A stretch of 63,630 nt of DNA, filler included, from Octopus bimaculoides (GCF_001194135.2; 10 parts of 9 records of this genome joined end to end with filler, not necessarily neighbours in it), one strand, 5' to 3'; shown: positions 12,390-25,098, numbered from the whole stretch's first letter. Program-made: numbers and translations. Notes: generated from the sequence alone by a model not told the origin.

Positions 12390-12612
12390 CAGCAATCCTT
12401 CGCCATATCGCAGTCCATTTATCGCGGTTTATTGTTTCAGCTTACGTCGATTCGTCCGTGGATGTGTTTTGCTTTTATAATAAAATAAATATATACAAAT
12501 TATAAAAAATAAATAAATATATATACAGTACAGTACTGTTTCTACTTCGCGGATTTTCACCAATCGCGAAGGGTATTGGAGCAGAACACCCGCGATAGTC
12601 GAGGGATTACTG
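12390..12612. mobile_element. pogo/Tigger-like MITE (223 bp), TA target duplication
   Basis: TIRs CAGCAATCCTTCG / CGAGGGATTACTG; TA at 12388-12389 and 12613-12614; non-coding interior. Confidence 0.8.
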
Positions 12613-12819
12613 TATATTTATTAATTCTATGGAGACGAGGATTTTGTGTTTTAATGTTTTGCTTTTTTAATGTTTAAGATATTCGTCCTTCAAGGTGCAT
12701 TTGGGTATCATAATGTGTGTCTTCAGCTACTAATTTACACAAGTTCATGAACACACACACACACACACACACACACAGCTCTTCCCACGATACAAATATA
12801 AGTTATATACGTTGTTTAT

Positions 12820-13002
12820 AAGGCGGCGAGCTGGCAGAATCGTTAGCACGAGTTCTGAGTTCAAATTCCATCGAGGTCAACTTTGTCTTTCTTCCTTTCG
12901 GGGGTCGATAAATTAAGTACCAGTTGCTTACTAGGGTCGGTCTAATCGACTGGCCCCCACTCCCCAAAAAATTTCGGGCCTTGTGCCTAGAGTAGAAAAG
13001 TA
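12820..13002 (+). mobile_element. SINE family C copy; others ~29990-30104(-), 46735-46942(-), 59660-59830(-), ~61600-61930(-), 62730-63130(+, two copies)
   Basis: Same head, B-box-like motif and Deu/Nin-like domain as above. Confidence 0.8.
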
Positions 13003-13597
13003 TATACGTTACCTACATTAGTCGTACTGTTACAGTGTACATAATATTGATTTCAAATTCCAAGACAAGACCAGCAATTTTGGGGGAGGGATAAGTAAAT
13101 TACATGATTCCAAACCACATGATGTCGGGTTCAATCCAACTCCGTGGCATCTTGGGTAAGTATTTTATACTATAGCCCCAGGTCAACCAATGCCTTGTGG
13201 GTGGATCTGATAGACAAAAATTGAAAGAAACTTGTCGTATATGTATGTATACATACATGTTTGAGTGTATGTATAAAAGCATGCATGTATGTATGTGTGT
13301 ATGTATGTATGAGTGCATGCGTGCATGCATGAATGTATGTACGTATACATGTGTGTAGGCATTTGTATGTATGTATGCATGTATGTATGTATACATGTGT
13401 GAGTATGTATGCATGCATATATGTATGTGTGTACGTATGAGTACATGCATGTGTATGCATGTATCCATGTGTGTGTGTATTTATGTATGCATGAGTATGT
13501 ATGCATGCATATATGTATGTATGTGTGTACGTATGTATGTATGTATGTATGTATGTATGTATGGGTGCGTATGTATGTCTGTACGCATTTTATCTAT

Positions 13598-13745
13598 AGG
13601 CGTATGCGTGGGTGTGTGGTAAGAAGCTCGCTTCCCAACCGCATGGTTCTGAATTCAGTCGCAATGCATGGCACCATGGGCAAGTATTCTATTCTATAGG
13701 CTTGTGAGTGGATTTGGTAAAGGGAAACTGAAAGAAGCCTGTTGG

Positions 13746-13789
<44 letters not shown>

Positions 13790-14003
13790 GTGCGTGTGTG
13801 CGTGCGTGTGTGTGTGTTTGTACGCTACCATCGCCTGACAACCAATATTGGTGTGCTTACCTCCACGTAACCTAGCAGTTCGGCAAAAAGGACCGATGGA
13901 ATAAGTACTGGGCTTAAAAAGAATAAGTACTGGGGTCGTTTGTTTTCGACTAAAGGCAGTGCACCAGTATGGCCGCTGTCAAATGACTGAAACAAGTAAA
14001 AGA
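13598..14003 (+). mobile_element. Full composite SINE family B (tRNA head, CORE-like domain, internal TA/TG microsatellite, 3' module); others 13105-13240(-), 16851-17215(+), 21333-21723(-), 26812-27182(-), 31405-31740(+), 32198-32705(+), 49985-50118(+), 55118-55472(+)
   Basis: Shared order: GTGTGGTAAGAAGCT..CCCAACC, GGGCAAGTGTCTTCT, GGAAACTGAAAGAAGCC, microsatellite, CATCGCTTGACAACC...CAAATGACTGAAACAAGTAAAAG. Confidence 0.85.
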
Positions 14004-14189
14004 ATACACATGTATATATATGTACAAACACACACACACACACGCATACATACNNNNNNNNNNNNNNNNNNNNNNNNNNNNNNNNNNNNNNNNNNNNTTA
14101 ATTAATTAANNNNNNNNNNNNNNNNNNNNNNNNNNNNNNNNNNNNNNNNNNNNTATATATATATATATATATGTATGCATATATACATA

Positions 14190-15775
14190 TGGACATTCTG
14201 AATGTCCATATTATATATAATGCTGTAGTGAGGAAAGGGCTTCAGAATCGTTTATCCAGCATTGAAAATATTACAGTGTGGGAAAATTTTCGAGACCAGG
14301 TTTTTCAATGTTTTGCTGAAACACGGGGATTTGCTACTGCCAGACACAGAGACTGGATTGATGAAAATGATGCTGAAGTTCAGCGGCTGCTGGTCGTAAA
14401 ACGCCATAGCCACAGTGGATTTTCAGTTGTGCAGCGAAATTTAGCACTTGCCCATTACAGCAGTGTAAAATCACTACTGCAACGATTTCTCATGAAGATG
14501 CAGAATACCACCTGTTCAGGCTGCTGCTGATGGAAATGACAGCAAGAAGCTTTACCATATTATGAAGCAAGTTTATGGTCTAAGGGATCTACATCAGCTC
14601 CTTTGCTTTCTAAGGCGTCTTCTACTGTTTACTAAATCAATCGCTGGATTGAGCATTTTTCTGAACTCCTAAACCGTGAGTCAGTTGTGGACGAGACAGT
14701 GATTGACACTATGCAACAGAAACCTGTCATTAATACCTTAAATTCCACGCCCTCAAAAGCTGAGATAATGATAGCAATAAGTAAATTGAATCTTGATAAG
14801 GCACCTAATAAGGATGGAATTTATGCTGAGGGTCTGCGATTTGGTGGTGATAACATCACACAGTCCCTTCATGAACTTATTAATGTAATCTGGAGGGAAT
14901 GTGCAATGCCTAAAGACTGGAAGGATGCCATTATTCTCCTTGTCTATCAAGAAAAGAGAGCCAGAGTAGAGTGTAGCAACTACAGAGTTATTGCTCTACT
15001 ATCAGCTGCTAGCAAGGTTCTGGCAAGTATTCTTCTTACCTGCCTGAATAGGTGTCTTGTAAATGATGTCCTATCTGAATCTCAGTGTGGTTCCGATCTG
15101 GAAGAGAAACGATGGATATGATTTTCACAGCGAGACACATGCAAGAGAAGTGCTGTGAGTAGAATATGGATCTTGTCCAGGTATTCATTGATTTAACCAA
15201 GGCCTTTGATACTGTGAGTAGGGCCTCATTATGGAAAATACTTGGTAAAACTTGGATGTCCGGATCACTTTGTATCAATAATCGAATCATTTCATTATGG
15301 AATGGGGGCTTGGGTCAATGTTGTTGGTGACATGGCGGGACCCATTCCTGTAGAGAATGGTACCAAGCAGGGTGACATCCTGGCCCCAACTCTATTTTCT
15401 CTTAATTTTGCTGCTACTCTTACTCATACTTTCGTTGGAGACAGCTCTCCTGGGATATATGTTAAGTATCGATCTTCTGGTCATCTTTTTAATCTGCGTC
15501 GATTTGCTGCTAATTCAAAATTTTCCAGTCTCTTATTCGTGATATCCTTTTTGTAAATGACTGTGTTTTAGTCTCTCGTACAGCGGATGATATGCAAATA
15601 CTTGTGAATCATATGTCGACTTCTTGCAAGGCATTTGGACTCAGCATTAGCCTGGACAAGACTGTTGTATTGTTCCAATCTACACCATGAACCTCATATG
15701 TGGAACCAGCTATCTTGCTTAAAGGAACAATACTGAAGTGGTAAACAAGTTTGTCTACCTTGTCTACCTTGTCTA
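14190..15775 (+). mobile_element. Decayed RTE-clade LINE, ORF2 RT region
   Basis: RDWIDENDAEV, KAPNKDGIYAE, WKDAIILLVYQEKRARVECSNYRVIALLSAASKVLASILL, ESQCG, VFIDLTKAFDTVSR, GTKQGDILAPTLFSL, FVND (degenerate FADD), KFVYL; many stops and frameshifts. Confidence 0.9.
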
Positions 15776-15787
15776 CCTATGTATATA

Positions 15788-15879
15788 TAGCTAGTGATAA
15801 AATCTCAAGAAGAGATAGAGTAGTAACGTATAGTAAATAGTTACTACTCTATCTCTTCTTGAAATTTTACCATTAGCTA
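15788..15879. repeat. 92-nt hairpin (40-bp arms, 3 mismatches, 12-nt loop)
   Basis: TAGCTAGTGATAAAATCTCAAGAAGAGATAGAGTAGTAAC / GTTACTACTCTATCTCTTCTTGAAATTTTACCATTAGCTA. Confidence 0.9.
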
Positions 15880-16329
15880 TTTTGCCTGTTGCAACTCAGT
15901 GACCGATGGTCACTTTGTTTGCCATGTATCGCTGGCAGTGGCGAATATTTACTANNNNNNNNNNNNNNNNNNNNNNNNNNNNNNNNNNNNNNNNNNNNNN
16001 NNNNNNNNNNNNNNNNNNNNNNNNNNNNNNNNNNNNNNNNNNNNNNNNNNNNNNNNNNNNNNNNNNNNNNNNNNNNNNNNNNNNNNNNNNNNNNNNNNNN
16101 NNNNNNNNNNNNNNNNNNNNNNNNNNNNNNNNNNNNNNNNNNNNNNNNNNNNNNNNNNNNNNNNNNNNNNNNNNNNNNNNNNNNNNNNNNNNNNNNNNNN
16201 NNNNNNNNNNNNNNNNNNNNNNNNNNNNNNNNNNNNNNNNNNNNNNNNNNNNNNNNNNNNNNNNNNNNNNNNNNATGCAAATGACTATATATATATGAAT
16301 ATATATGAATATATATACATTCAAATACC

Positions 16330-16360
<31 letters not shown>

Positions 16361-16450
16361 CAGTTATAAGTTACGTTAGCTTCATGGTGTTATCCAAAGA
16401 AATACTGGTTCAATATTTGGGGGTAAACTGATTTCCTTAAAATAATACGT

Positions 16451-16777
16451 GGCACTCCGTCGGTTACGACGACGAGGGTTCCAGTTTATCCGATCAATGG
16501 AACAGCCTGCTCGTGAAATCAACGTGAGAAGCACTCCACAGACACGTGTGACAAGACTGGCCCTTTGAAATATAGGTACAACAGAAACAGGAAGAAAGTT
16601 GTGATGAAAGAGTGAAAGAAAGTTGTGGTGAAAGCAGGGTTCCCCACTGCCCCCTGCCGGAGCCTCGTGGAACTTTAGTCGTTTTCACTCAAACAACACT
16701 CACAACTCCCGGTCTGGTAATCGAAACCGCGATCCTACGACCGCGAGTCCGCTGCCCTAACCACTGTGCCATTGAGC
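16451..16777 (-). mobile_element. Full SINE family D with Pol III A and B boxes; plus copies 33387-33765, 54250-54570 (degenerate), 56290-56595
   Basis: Minus-strand head TGGCACAGTGGTTAGGG (A box)...GGTTTCGATTACC (B box), followed by the family body. Confidence 0.88.
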
Positions 16778-17301
16778 TTCCACCAAAGCAACTTAAACCG
16801 TCCAAAGCACGGGTGCGTTTGTTAGTAAATATATATATATATATATATATAGGCGCAGGAGTGGCTGTGTGGTAAGGAGCTTGCTTCCCAACCACATGGT
16901 TCTGACTTCAGTCCCATTGTGTGGCACCCTGGGCGAGTGTCTTCTGCTATAGCGCTGGGCCGACCAAAACCTTGTGAGTGGATTTGGTAGACGGAAGCTG
17001 AAAGAAGCCCCTCCTATATATGTATGTATTTATTTATGTACGTGCCTTTGTGTCTGTGTTTATCCCACCGCCATCGCTTGACAACCGATGTTAGTGTGTT
17101 TACTTAGCGATTCGACAAAAGGGGCCGATAGAATAGGTACCAGGCTTATAAAGAATAAGTCTTGTGGTCGATTTCTTCGACTAAAAGACGTTTATCCAGC
17201 ATGACTGCAGTGAAACGATTGGCACAAAAAAAGATTAAAGATAGCTAGCTAGCTAGCTAGCTAGATAGATAGATAGATAGACAGAGAGAAAGAGAGAGTT
17301 A

Positions 17302-17355
<54 letters not shown>

Positions 17356-17715
17356 GCTATGCACGCACGCATTATACTCACGTGTGCTTGCTTTCACACT
17401 AACATATGCCGGGTTGACAGTTTCTCCCCTTCCCTTGCCAGTTCCACCTCTATCAACATCTTCCTCTGCCGGTCATTTCTGTGTGCGTTGACTGTCTAAT
17501 CGTGTTATGTTTGTTACCTTATCTCCCCACTTTTTCTCACCTTGTCCATTTTTTTTCCTGTAGAAGAGCATAAGCTGAAAACGTAACGCGCTTTTCCTTC
17601 TACTGTTCTTGTGCTAAAACTAACACACTCTATTTGTTTATTTTCATCGCCATCGTGTTTCTGTCTCATTTTCGCATCATAGATAGATAGTTAGACAGAC
17701 GGATAAGCAGATCAC

Positions 17716-17755
<40 letters not shown>

Positions 17756-17917
17756 CGGGTACGTATGTATGCGTACAATATACTTCCTGCGCACACATAT
17801 GTGAGAGGGAAGTTGTTTTATATCATCCAAAGTATTAAGCTTTTTGACTTAAGAATATCTAAATTTTGCCGGAGAGATTTACACACCCAGCCATCCATCC
17901 TTCTCCATACACAAACA

Positions 17918-17948
<31 letters not shown>

Positions 17949-18547
17949 GCGCGCACTGATTTATATCCACATCATTTTACATACTATCATGTACTTTAAC
18001 AAATATATATAATTGTACACACACAAACACACACACTCACACGTACACATATATATCACTATATACGTATATATATACATATATATATATNNNNNNNNNN
18101 NNNNNNNNNNNNNNNNNNNNNNNNNNNNNNNNNNTTAATTAATTAANNNNNNNNNNNNNNNNNNNNNNNNNNNNNNNNNNNNNNNNNNNNATAATTGAGA
18201 TTCAGTTAGATTGAATACTTAAGTTGAAACATCAAGTCAATCCGATATTATCCACACAGCTCGAAGTACAGTGAATAAAATCAAAATATTTGAGAAAAAT
18301 TATATTAATGCACCCTACTGGTTAAAATTCTATTTATTTATTTGGGCAGCTGAAGATAGCACTGTATTTAAATTGATGTAATGATTGCATTCTTCGATGA
18401 AATGGAGCCACTTGAAATGGTTGTACTGCATCACTATTTGATATCCTCTTGCTTATTTTGATTATATATATATATATATATATATTTGACAGAATGGGAT
18501 AACAAGCCCAAGGTTGTGAGGAGTTTTTCAGACATTTATAATGAAAT

Positions 18548-18596
18548 AGTCTACAGCTGTTTCTGGGATATTATGGATATCCTTTCATCAGAGACG
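18548..18596 (-). ncRNA. Minimal type I hammerhead motif, canonical core, helix I disrupted by 1-nt loss
   Basis: Minus strand GTCT-CTGATGA-aa-GGATAT-ccata-ATATCC-ca-GAAA-CAGCTGTA-GACT. Confidence 0.6.
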
Positions 18597-18860
18597 GTGT
18601 GAGAAAATATTGTGGAAAAGGAGGAGATAGGGAATATAGAGGGAAATGAGAGAATGAAAGTAGAAATAAGATATATAAAGATATTGTAGTTGCAGTTCCA
18701 TTATTCGAGGAAAATGGTGTTTAGAAGTAGTAAAAAAGTTTCCTGTACATGGTATGTATGGTCCAATAGCATTTCCTGCTTAGTCCTTTCAAAGTATGGA
18801 GCCATGGAATAAAATATTAATACAGACAGCTGTGTGCAATGTGTTACCAAAAATGAAAAC

Positions 18861-19137
18861 TATAATTGCCACTAAATGTAACTAGGATGTTAGAACACCT
18901 ACATTGCTTGAAATAAGAGCTAAAAAGCTCTGATGTTGTAGTTAAAGCACATAATTGTATACATATATACCCACAGTGTGTAATCACCTGAAAGGAATTC
19001 TCAACCAGTGTTTTTGGGTGATTACAGTCCCTGTCAGTATATATGTATTTAATTTTGTGCTTTAACATAGCATTAGAGCTTTTTAGCTCTTATTTCTAGC
19101 AATGTATGTGTTCTAATACCCTAGTTACATTTATGAC

Positions 19138-19144
<7 letters not shown>
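18861..19144. repeat. Fold-back element with ~128-bp inverted arms and a 28-nt loop
   Basis: 18861-18988 pairs with 19017-19144, e.g. GAAATAAGAGCTAAAAAGCTCT / AGAGCTTTTTAGCTCTTATTTC and TGTAATCACC / GGTGATTACA. Confidence 0.9.
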
Positions 19145-19180
<36 letters not shown>

Positions 19181-20440
19181 NNNNNNNNNNNNNNNNNNNN
19201 NNNNNNNNNNNNNNNNNNNNNNNNNNNNNNNNNNNNNNNNNNNNNNNNNNNNNNNNNNNNNNNNNNNNNNNNNNNNNNNNNNNNNNNNNNNNNNNNNNNN
19301 NNNNNNNNNNNNNNNNNNNNNNNNNNNNNNNNNNNNNNNNNNNNNNNNNNNNNNNNNNNNNNNNNNNNNNNNNNNNNNNNNNNNNNNNNNNNNNNNNNNN
19401 NNNNNNNNNNNNNNNNNNNNNNNNNNNNNNNNNNNNNNNNNNNNNNNNNNNNNNNNNNNNNNNNNNNNNNNNNNNNNNNNNNNNNNNNNNNNNNNNNNNN
19501 NNNNNNNNNNNNNNNNNNNNNNNNNNNNNNNNNNNNNNNNNNNNNNNNNNNNNNNNNNNNNNNNNNNNNNNNNNNNNNNNNNNNNNNNNNNNNNNNNNNN
19601 NNNNNNNNNNNNNNNNNNNNNNNNNNNNNNNNNNNNNNNNNNNNNNNNNNNNNNNNNNNNNNNNNNNNNNNNNNNNNNNNNNNNNNNNNNNNNNNNNNNN
19701 NNNNNNNNNNNNNNNNNNNNNNNNNNNNNNNNNNNNNNNNNNNNNNNNNNTTTAAGAAATTATTATTTCTTATATTTAATTGTTTATGTTATGATTTTAT
19801 TTACTCCATGTACCCAGACCTGTATATGAGTGGTTGGCGTTAGGAAGGGCATCCAGCTGTAGAAACTCTGCCAAATTAGATTGGAGCCTGGTGTTGCCAT
19901 CCGGTTTCACCAGTCCTCAGTTAAATCGTCCAACCCATGCTAGCATGGAAAGCGGACGTTAAACGATGATGATGATGATGATGATGATGATACAGTGTGT
20001 GTGTGTGTTTCAGACTTGAATGCCTTACATTCTAAGGGTGCTACACCTCATCCAGGTCATGACTGTTGGATACCCAATATGCCATTGTCTGCATTGCAAC
20101 CCTCCTGGATGGTTGAGGTGCCCCAGAGGCAAGATAGCTTTGGTGCTGTAACCAGCTCAGTCTAAGATGACAGTTGACTGTAGTGTAAATTATACCTTTT
20201 GAAAATTCACTTCTATTCCTTCTTGACCAGATCCAATTGGAACACTTCTCAGCTGTTTTTGCCATTGCTTTAAGAGGTTTGGATCTCTGCCTCCTAGAAA
20301 TTGAGAACCATTTCATAAGATCATTGGCCGATTTGATGCCTACCTTTATGGTGAGGACTTTGGTTTGGAAATCAAATTCCCTCTAGAGTTTTCATTTAAC
20401 AACAACGAACATTTCCCTACTTAGAATCAAAGGTCAGGAT

Positions 20441-20724
20441 CAGTGGTTCTCAACCAGAGTCCATAAAAGATTTTTTGGGACCTACACAGCAAAATAGTAA
20501 ATTGGGGATTCACAATAGAATTTCAAGGGCCCCTGAAAAAATTTTACTTTAGATGTATGCATTGGTATTTATTCCAAAAAACATCTAGGTTTCTTTCTCT
20601 GACATTTTACATAGTTCAACCTACAAAAGTTAATGTGTGAAAACATTAATATATAACTTTCTATAAAATTAGGTTTTAATAGTAACCAAAGTGGTCCATA
20701 CATAAAAAATGGTTGAGAATCCTG
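20441..20724. mobile_element. hAT (Charlie-like) MITE
   Basis: TIRs CAGTGGTTCTCAACC / GGTTGAGAATCCTG; 8-bp flanks GTCAGGAT and GTCTAGAT (6/8 identical; the right one fits the NTCTAGAN preference of Charlie-type hATs). Confidence 0.8.
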
Positions 20725-21529
20725 GTCTAGATGGTGGTATGTCTGCTGCTTAATATTATAGGCCAGCTATTATTATCATCTGGTTATTATTATCAAATAG
20801 GCTTTATACGAACGTGATTGCAAACAGCAGTTTATATTCTGTGTGGGTGTGTTTTCTGTAGGTTTCAGGGTGTGTCTCAGGTGTCTCTTTGTAAGTTTAA
20901 GTCATCATCATCATCATCATCGTTTAACGTCCGCTTTCCATGCTAGCATGGGTTGGACGATTTGACTGAGGACTGGTGAAACCGGATGGCAACACCAGGC
21001 TCCAGTCTGATTTGGCAGAGTTTCTACAGCTGGATGCCCTTCCTAACGCCAACCACTCAGAGAGTGTAGTGGGTGCTTTTACGTGTCACCCGCACGAAAA
21101 CGGCCACGCTCGAAATGGTGTCTTTTATGTGCCACCCGCACAAGCCAGTCCAGGGGCACTGGCAACGATCTCGCTCGAAAATCCTACAGGAGCCAGTCAG
21201 GCGGTACTGGCAACGTCTGCAAGAAAAATGAGAAAATAAAAAGAAATATGTGTGGAGAGAAAGGGAGTGGTTTTATATATGTATAGGTGTGTTGGTGCAA
21301 ACAGGAAAAATAGAACTCAACATATGAGTATACTCTTTTACTTGTTTCAGTCATTTGACTGTGGCCATACTGGAGCACCCCCTTTAGTCGAGCAAATCGA
21401 CCCCAGGACTTATTCTTTGTAAGCCTAGTATTCTATCAGTCTTTTTTGCCGAACCGCTAAGTTACAGGGAGGTAAACACACCAGCATCAGTTGTCAAGCA
21501 ATGTTGGGGGAACAAACACAGACACACAA

Positions 21530-21566
<37 letters not shown>

Positions 21567-21767
21567 CGATGGGCTTCTTTCAGTTTCCGTCTACCAAATC
21601 CGCTCACAAGGCTTTGGTCGGCCCGAGGCTATAGTAGAAGACACTTGCCAAAGATGCCATGCAGTGGGACTGAACCCGAAACCATGTGGTTGGTAAGCAA
21701 GCTACTTACCACACAGCCACTCCTACACCTACAAAATTATTGGGTTCTCATCAGAGACATCCACATC

Positions 21768-21871
21768 AACAGAATGACTCAAGGTCTGAGAGTTTCATGC
21801 AATGGCACTTCTCAAACTGTTCTTTGATTGGTGCCAATGCATGAAACTCTCAGATATTGAGTCACTCTGTT
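21768..21871. repeat. 104-nt hairpin (41-bp arms, 4 mismatches, 22-nt loop)
   Basis: AACAGAATGACTCAAGGTCTGAGAGTTTCATGCAATGGCAC / GTGCCAATGCATGAAACTCTCAGATATTGAGTCACTCTGTT. Confidence 0.9.
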
Positions 21872-21894
21872 ACTTCTGCTAAGTATTATTATAT

Positions 21895-21969
<75 letters not shown>

Positions 21970-22632
21970 NNNNNNNNNNNNNNNNNNNNNNNNNNNNNNN
22001 NNNNNNNNNNNNNNNNNNNNNNNNNNNNNNNNNNNNNNNNNNNNNNNNNNNNNNNNNNNNNNNNNNNNNNNNNNNNNNNNNNNNNNNNNNNNNNNNNNNN
22101 NNNNNNNNNNNNNNNNNNNATATATATTCTCAGAGTGGTTGGCATTAGGAAGGGCATCCAGCTGTAGAAACTCTGCCAAATCAGATTGGAGCCTGGTGTA
22201 GCCATCTGGTTCACCAGTCCTCAGTCAAATCGTCCAACCCATGCTAGCATTGAAAGTGGACATTAAACGATGATGATATATATACCCCAAGAAAGTTAGG
22301 GGTTGAGGATTCAACCCACTAAGGGATAATATATATCCAATATACTGCTGGGAGGGTGCCCAATTATTGTTACACTAGTGTTATACCAAGTGCAATAAGT
22401 GGGTGTGGATAAAAGGGGTTTTTTTTACCCTAAATTTATATAGCAATAAGAAAATGGAGGGGAATATGAGGTACTCATCAACTTGCAGACACTATATTCC
22501 ATTGATTAATCTGTTTATTTTATAAGCAAAATGACAAAAAGGACAATATACAGACACTTATGACATACCATGTCATATCAACAATTAAGATTTCAAATTT
22601 AATGGACATCTAGCAATTGGAGAAGGGACAAA

Positions 22633-22712
22633 ATCTTACAGCTGTTTCAGCTTAGTGTTGGCATGCCCCATTCTATCTATATAACTCCAGTACGCTGGAG
22701 TAATCAGTAGAT
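22633..22712 (-). ncRNA. Degenerate hammerhead motif (core CTGATTA)
   Basis: Minus strand ATCTA-CTGATTA-...-GAAA-CAGCTGTA-AGAT; same helix III as the 2405, 18548 and 34007 copies. Confidence 0.35.
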
Positions 22713-23199
22713 GAAAATGGTGTAATGGAGGTACATGCACGATTCACTAGGCCACTTCAGAGATTTACAAAATTCAATTCATGAATTTTGCAAAATTTAC
22801 ATACAAATATAAAATAACAATAAAAAATAAAAATATAAAAATGTAAGGCATATAAAAACATACAAAAAGTATATAAAAAATCATATTGAGTCATAAAAAC
22901 TCATATATACATGCATATGCATGTATACATTGCCATATACAGATATACATGGATACTCATGCATCTATGTCTTTGTAATGTATGTATGTATATATATATA
23001 TATAGCCATGTGGTTTCAGGTTTAGTCTCACTCCACAGCACCGTGTGTCCAGTGACCTGTACTATATAGCCTGTGGGTCAAGAAAGGTCATATGTGGATT
23101 TTGTAGACAGAAACTGATGGGTGGAAAAACACAATATGCAACTAAATAAGAATCAGTTTGAATTAATCCACTTTGATAAGAAGCTGAACTTAAGCTGCT

Positions 23200-23850
23200 G
23201 TACACTCTTCCCTCTTGGCATCAAACATCACTAGGGACCTCAGAGTAACTGTCAATAATAACTTAAGCTGGAATTCCCACATAAACAACAAAGTCGACGT
23301 GGCCCACAGGGCGTGCTCCTGAATCCTTAGAACCTTTTCGTCTAGAGACACTTCTACCATTATTACCCTTCTCTTCTCATCTTTTGCCCATTCTCATCTT
23401 GAATACTGCTGTTCACTGTAGTCTCCCCACATGAAACAAAGTATTATAAAAATTGAAGCATCCCCAGAGATCAGCCACAAGTAAAATAGATGACATGACA
23501 GGTTTTGATAATTGGAATCATCTTGAGAAACTGAAACCTTATTCCCTCCAATGCTGCTCTGTGTGTTATATCATTTGTAAGATGTGGAAAATATTCCAAC
23601 AGTATTGCCCAAATGATGTTAAGAAACACATAAAGCTTGTTATTCTCCTCTACAAAAATCATGCTTGCATCACATCACAATACAAAGACAGAACTATTTC
23701 ACCTCAACAGGCCCTGCTCTTTAACATCATGCCAAGACGTATAAAAGAAGACAAGAGATCTCATAACATTCAAATGGTTCCTGGATGAATGCCTCCAACG
23801 GATTCCAGATAAATCTCCAGCATCCAAATATATCTCTGCAAACAATAACC
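23200..23850 (+). mobile_element. CR1-clade LINE, 3' end of ORF2, decayed
   Basis: RDLRVTVNNNLSWNSHI, ILRTFSSRD, HLEYCCSL*SPH, QRSATSKI, LEKLKPYSLQ, YIICKMWKI, (G)PLLFNIMP...IPD match the CR1 C-terminal consensus. Confidence 0.8.
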
Positions 23851-24326
23851 TTTTACACAACTGTTATGTTGCCCCATGAATGACCAAAATATGAAATGTC
23901 ATTAAATGGTGCTTTTATGTTGGTCATGGCATGGGCCAATTCTAGTTGAAACTTATCTAAGTGTGTGTATGTGTGTGTGCATGTGTATGTATGCATGCCA
24001 GTGTGTGTACATGTGAGCATGTGTGTGTATTTGTTTACATGTCACTCATTTCTATTAGAGTTGTGACATTTATGTTGTTGAAAATTCCGTCAATAAATCA
24101 TTGAAGTTACTTGAAATAAAGCATCCTTTATTTGAAAAACAAGGGTTAGTGACAGGAAGAGCATTTTGCTGTAAAATAAATCTGCAATCACATACCTATG
24201 TGGATTTCCATGATACTTTCAATCAACTTGGGCTATACCTTACCTATACTACTCCTGATTACTAACTATATATAAACGCTTTATCCAGATGTAAAACAAC
24301 TTTGTAATTCCTATTAGCATATGGTG

Positions 24327-24394
24327 GAAGTTGACTCATGACTGAAGTTGACTCATGACTGAAGTTGACTCATGACTGAAGTTGACTCATGACT
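24327..24394 (+). repeat. 17-bp tandem repeat, four perfect units of GAAGTTGACTCATGACT
   Basis: Read directly from the sequence. Confidence 0.95.
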
Positions 24395-24659
24395 GAGTAA
24401 GACCACTTCCAAGACCCATTTCACTCAAAGAAACTTCTCATGTTTGGTCCCCACCACCCATCACTGATAATGTTTCCATATGGTTACCAAGGCCCACAAG
24501 GCACTTATGTCATTTCACATTGACCACAAGTCAGCCTCCCAGCAACAGCCTAACCATCTGGATGTAGGAATCTACAGTGCCCAGTGAGTCCACTACTGAC
24601 CCATACACTGTGCTACACAAGCTGCAGGAAAGATCATGATGGATATCACATCAGTAGAC

Positions 24660-25098
24660 CATGGCATCCCTGTGGCCACACTTGTAGCTGAGTAGACCTG
24701 CCTTTGTGAAGCAGTCATGACCACACTGGTCACATGAAAGCGACTCTTTTGTGCTCTTCTCACGAAGTGTGTTCACATCCTCTTTATAGTTGCCAGCATG
24801 TTTTTAACTCCGTGTATGCTACCCAGGTGTTCTCAAATTCTTTAACATCAGTCGCAATCAGATTCCTTTACAGCTCCCCATCTGATGCCAGATCTTTCCA
24901 GATGTTAGTATCAATATTAGTTTTTTTTTAAAGTGTGTTTCTAAGATTATCTCTGAAACACTTGGTTCACTTGCTCTGGAGACATTTTTCTTGCTCCAGG
25001 TCACCATACAGCACCTGTTTTGGGATACAGGTGTCCTTTAAATGGAGAAGATGACCAGACCATTTTAGCTGGTTTTTCATTATCATGGACTCGAGAAG
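24660..25098 (-). mobile_element. RTE-clade LINE 3' end fragment
   Basis: Minus strand [35 protein letters not shown]...NTLKKTNIDTNIWKDLASD, then a C-terminal CDQCGHDCFTKAGLLSY zinc-finger-like segment. Confidence 0.8.

Noticed and set aside
20150-20400. Possible Gypsy RNase H remnant (RFDAYLYGEDFGLE)
   Set aside because: Only one short motif, with stops around it; not enough support.
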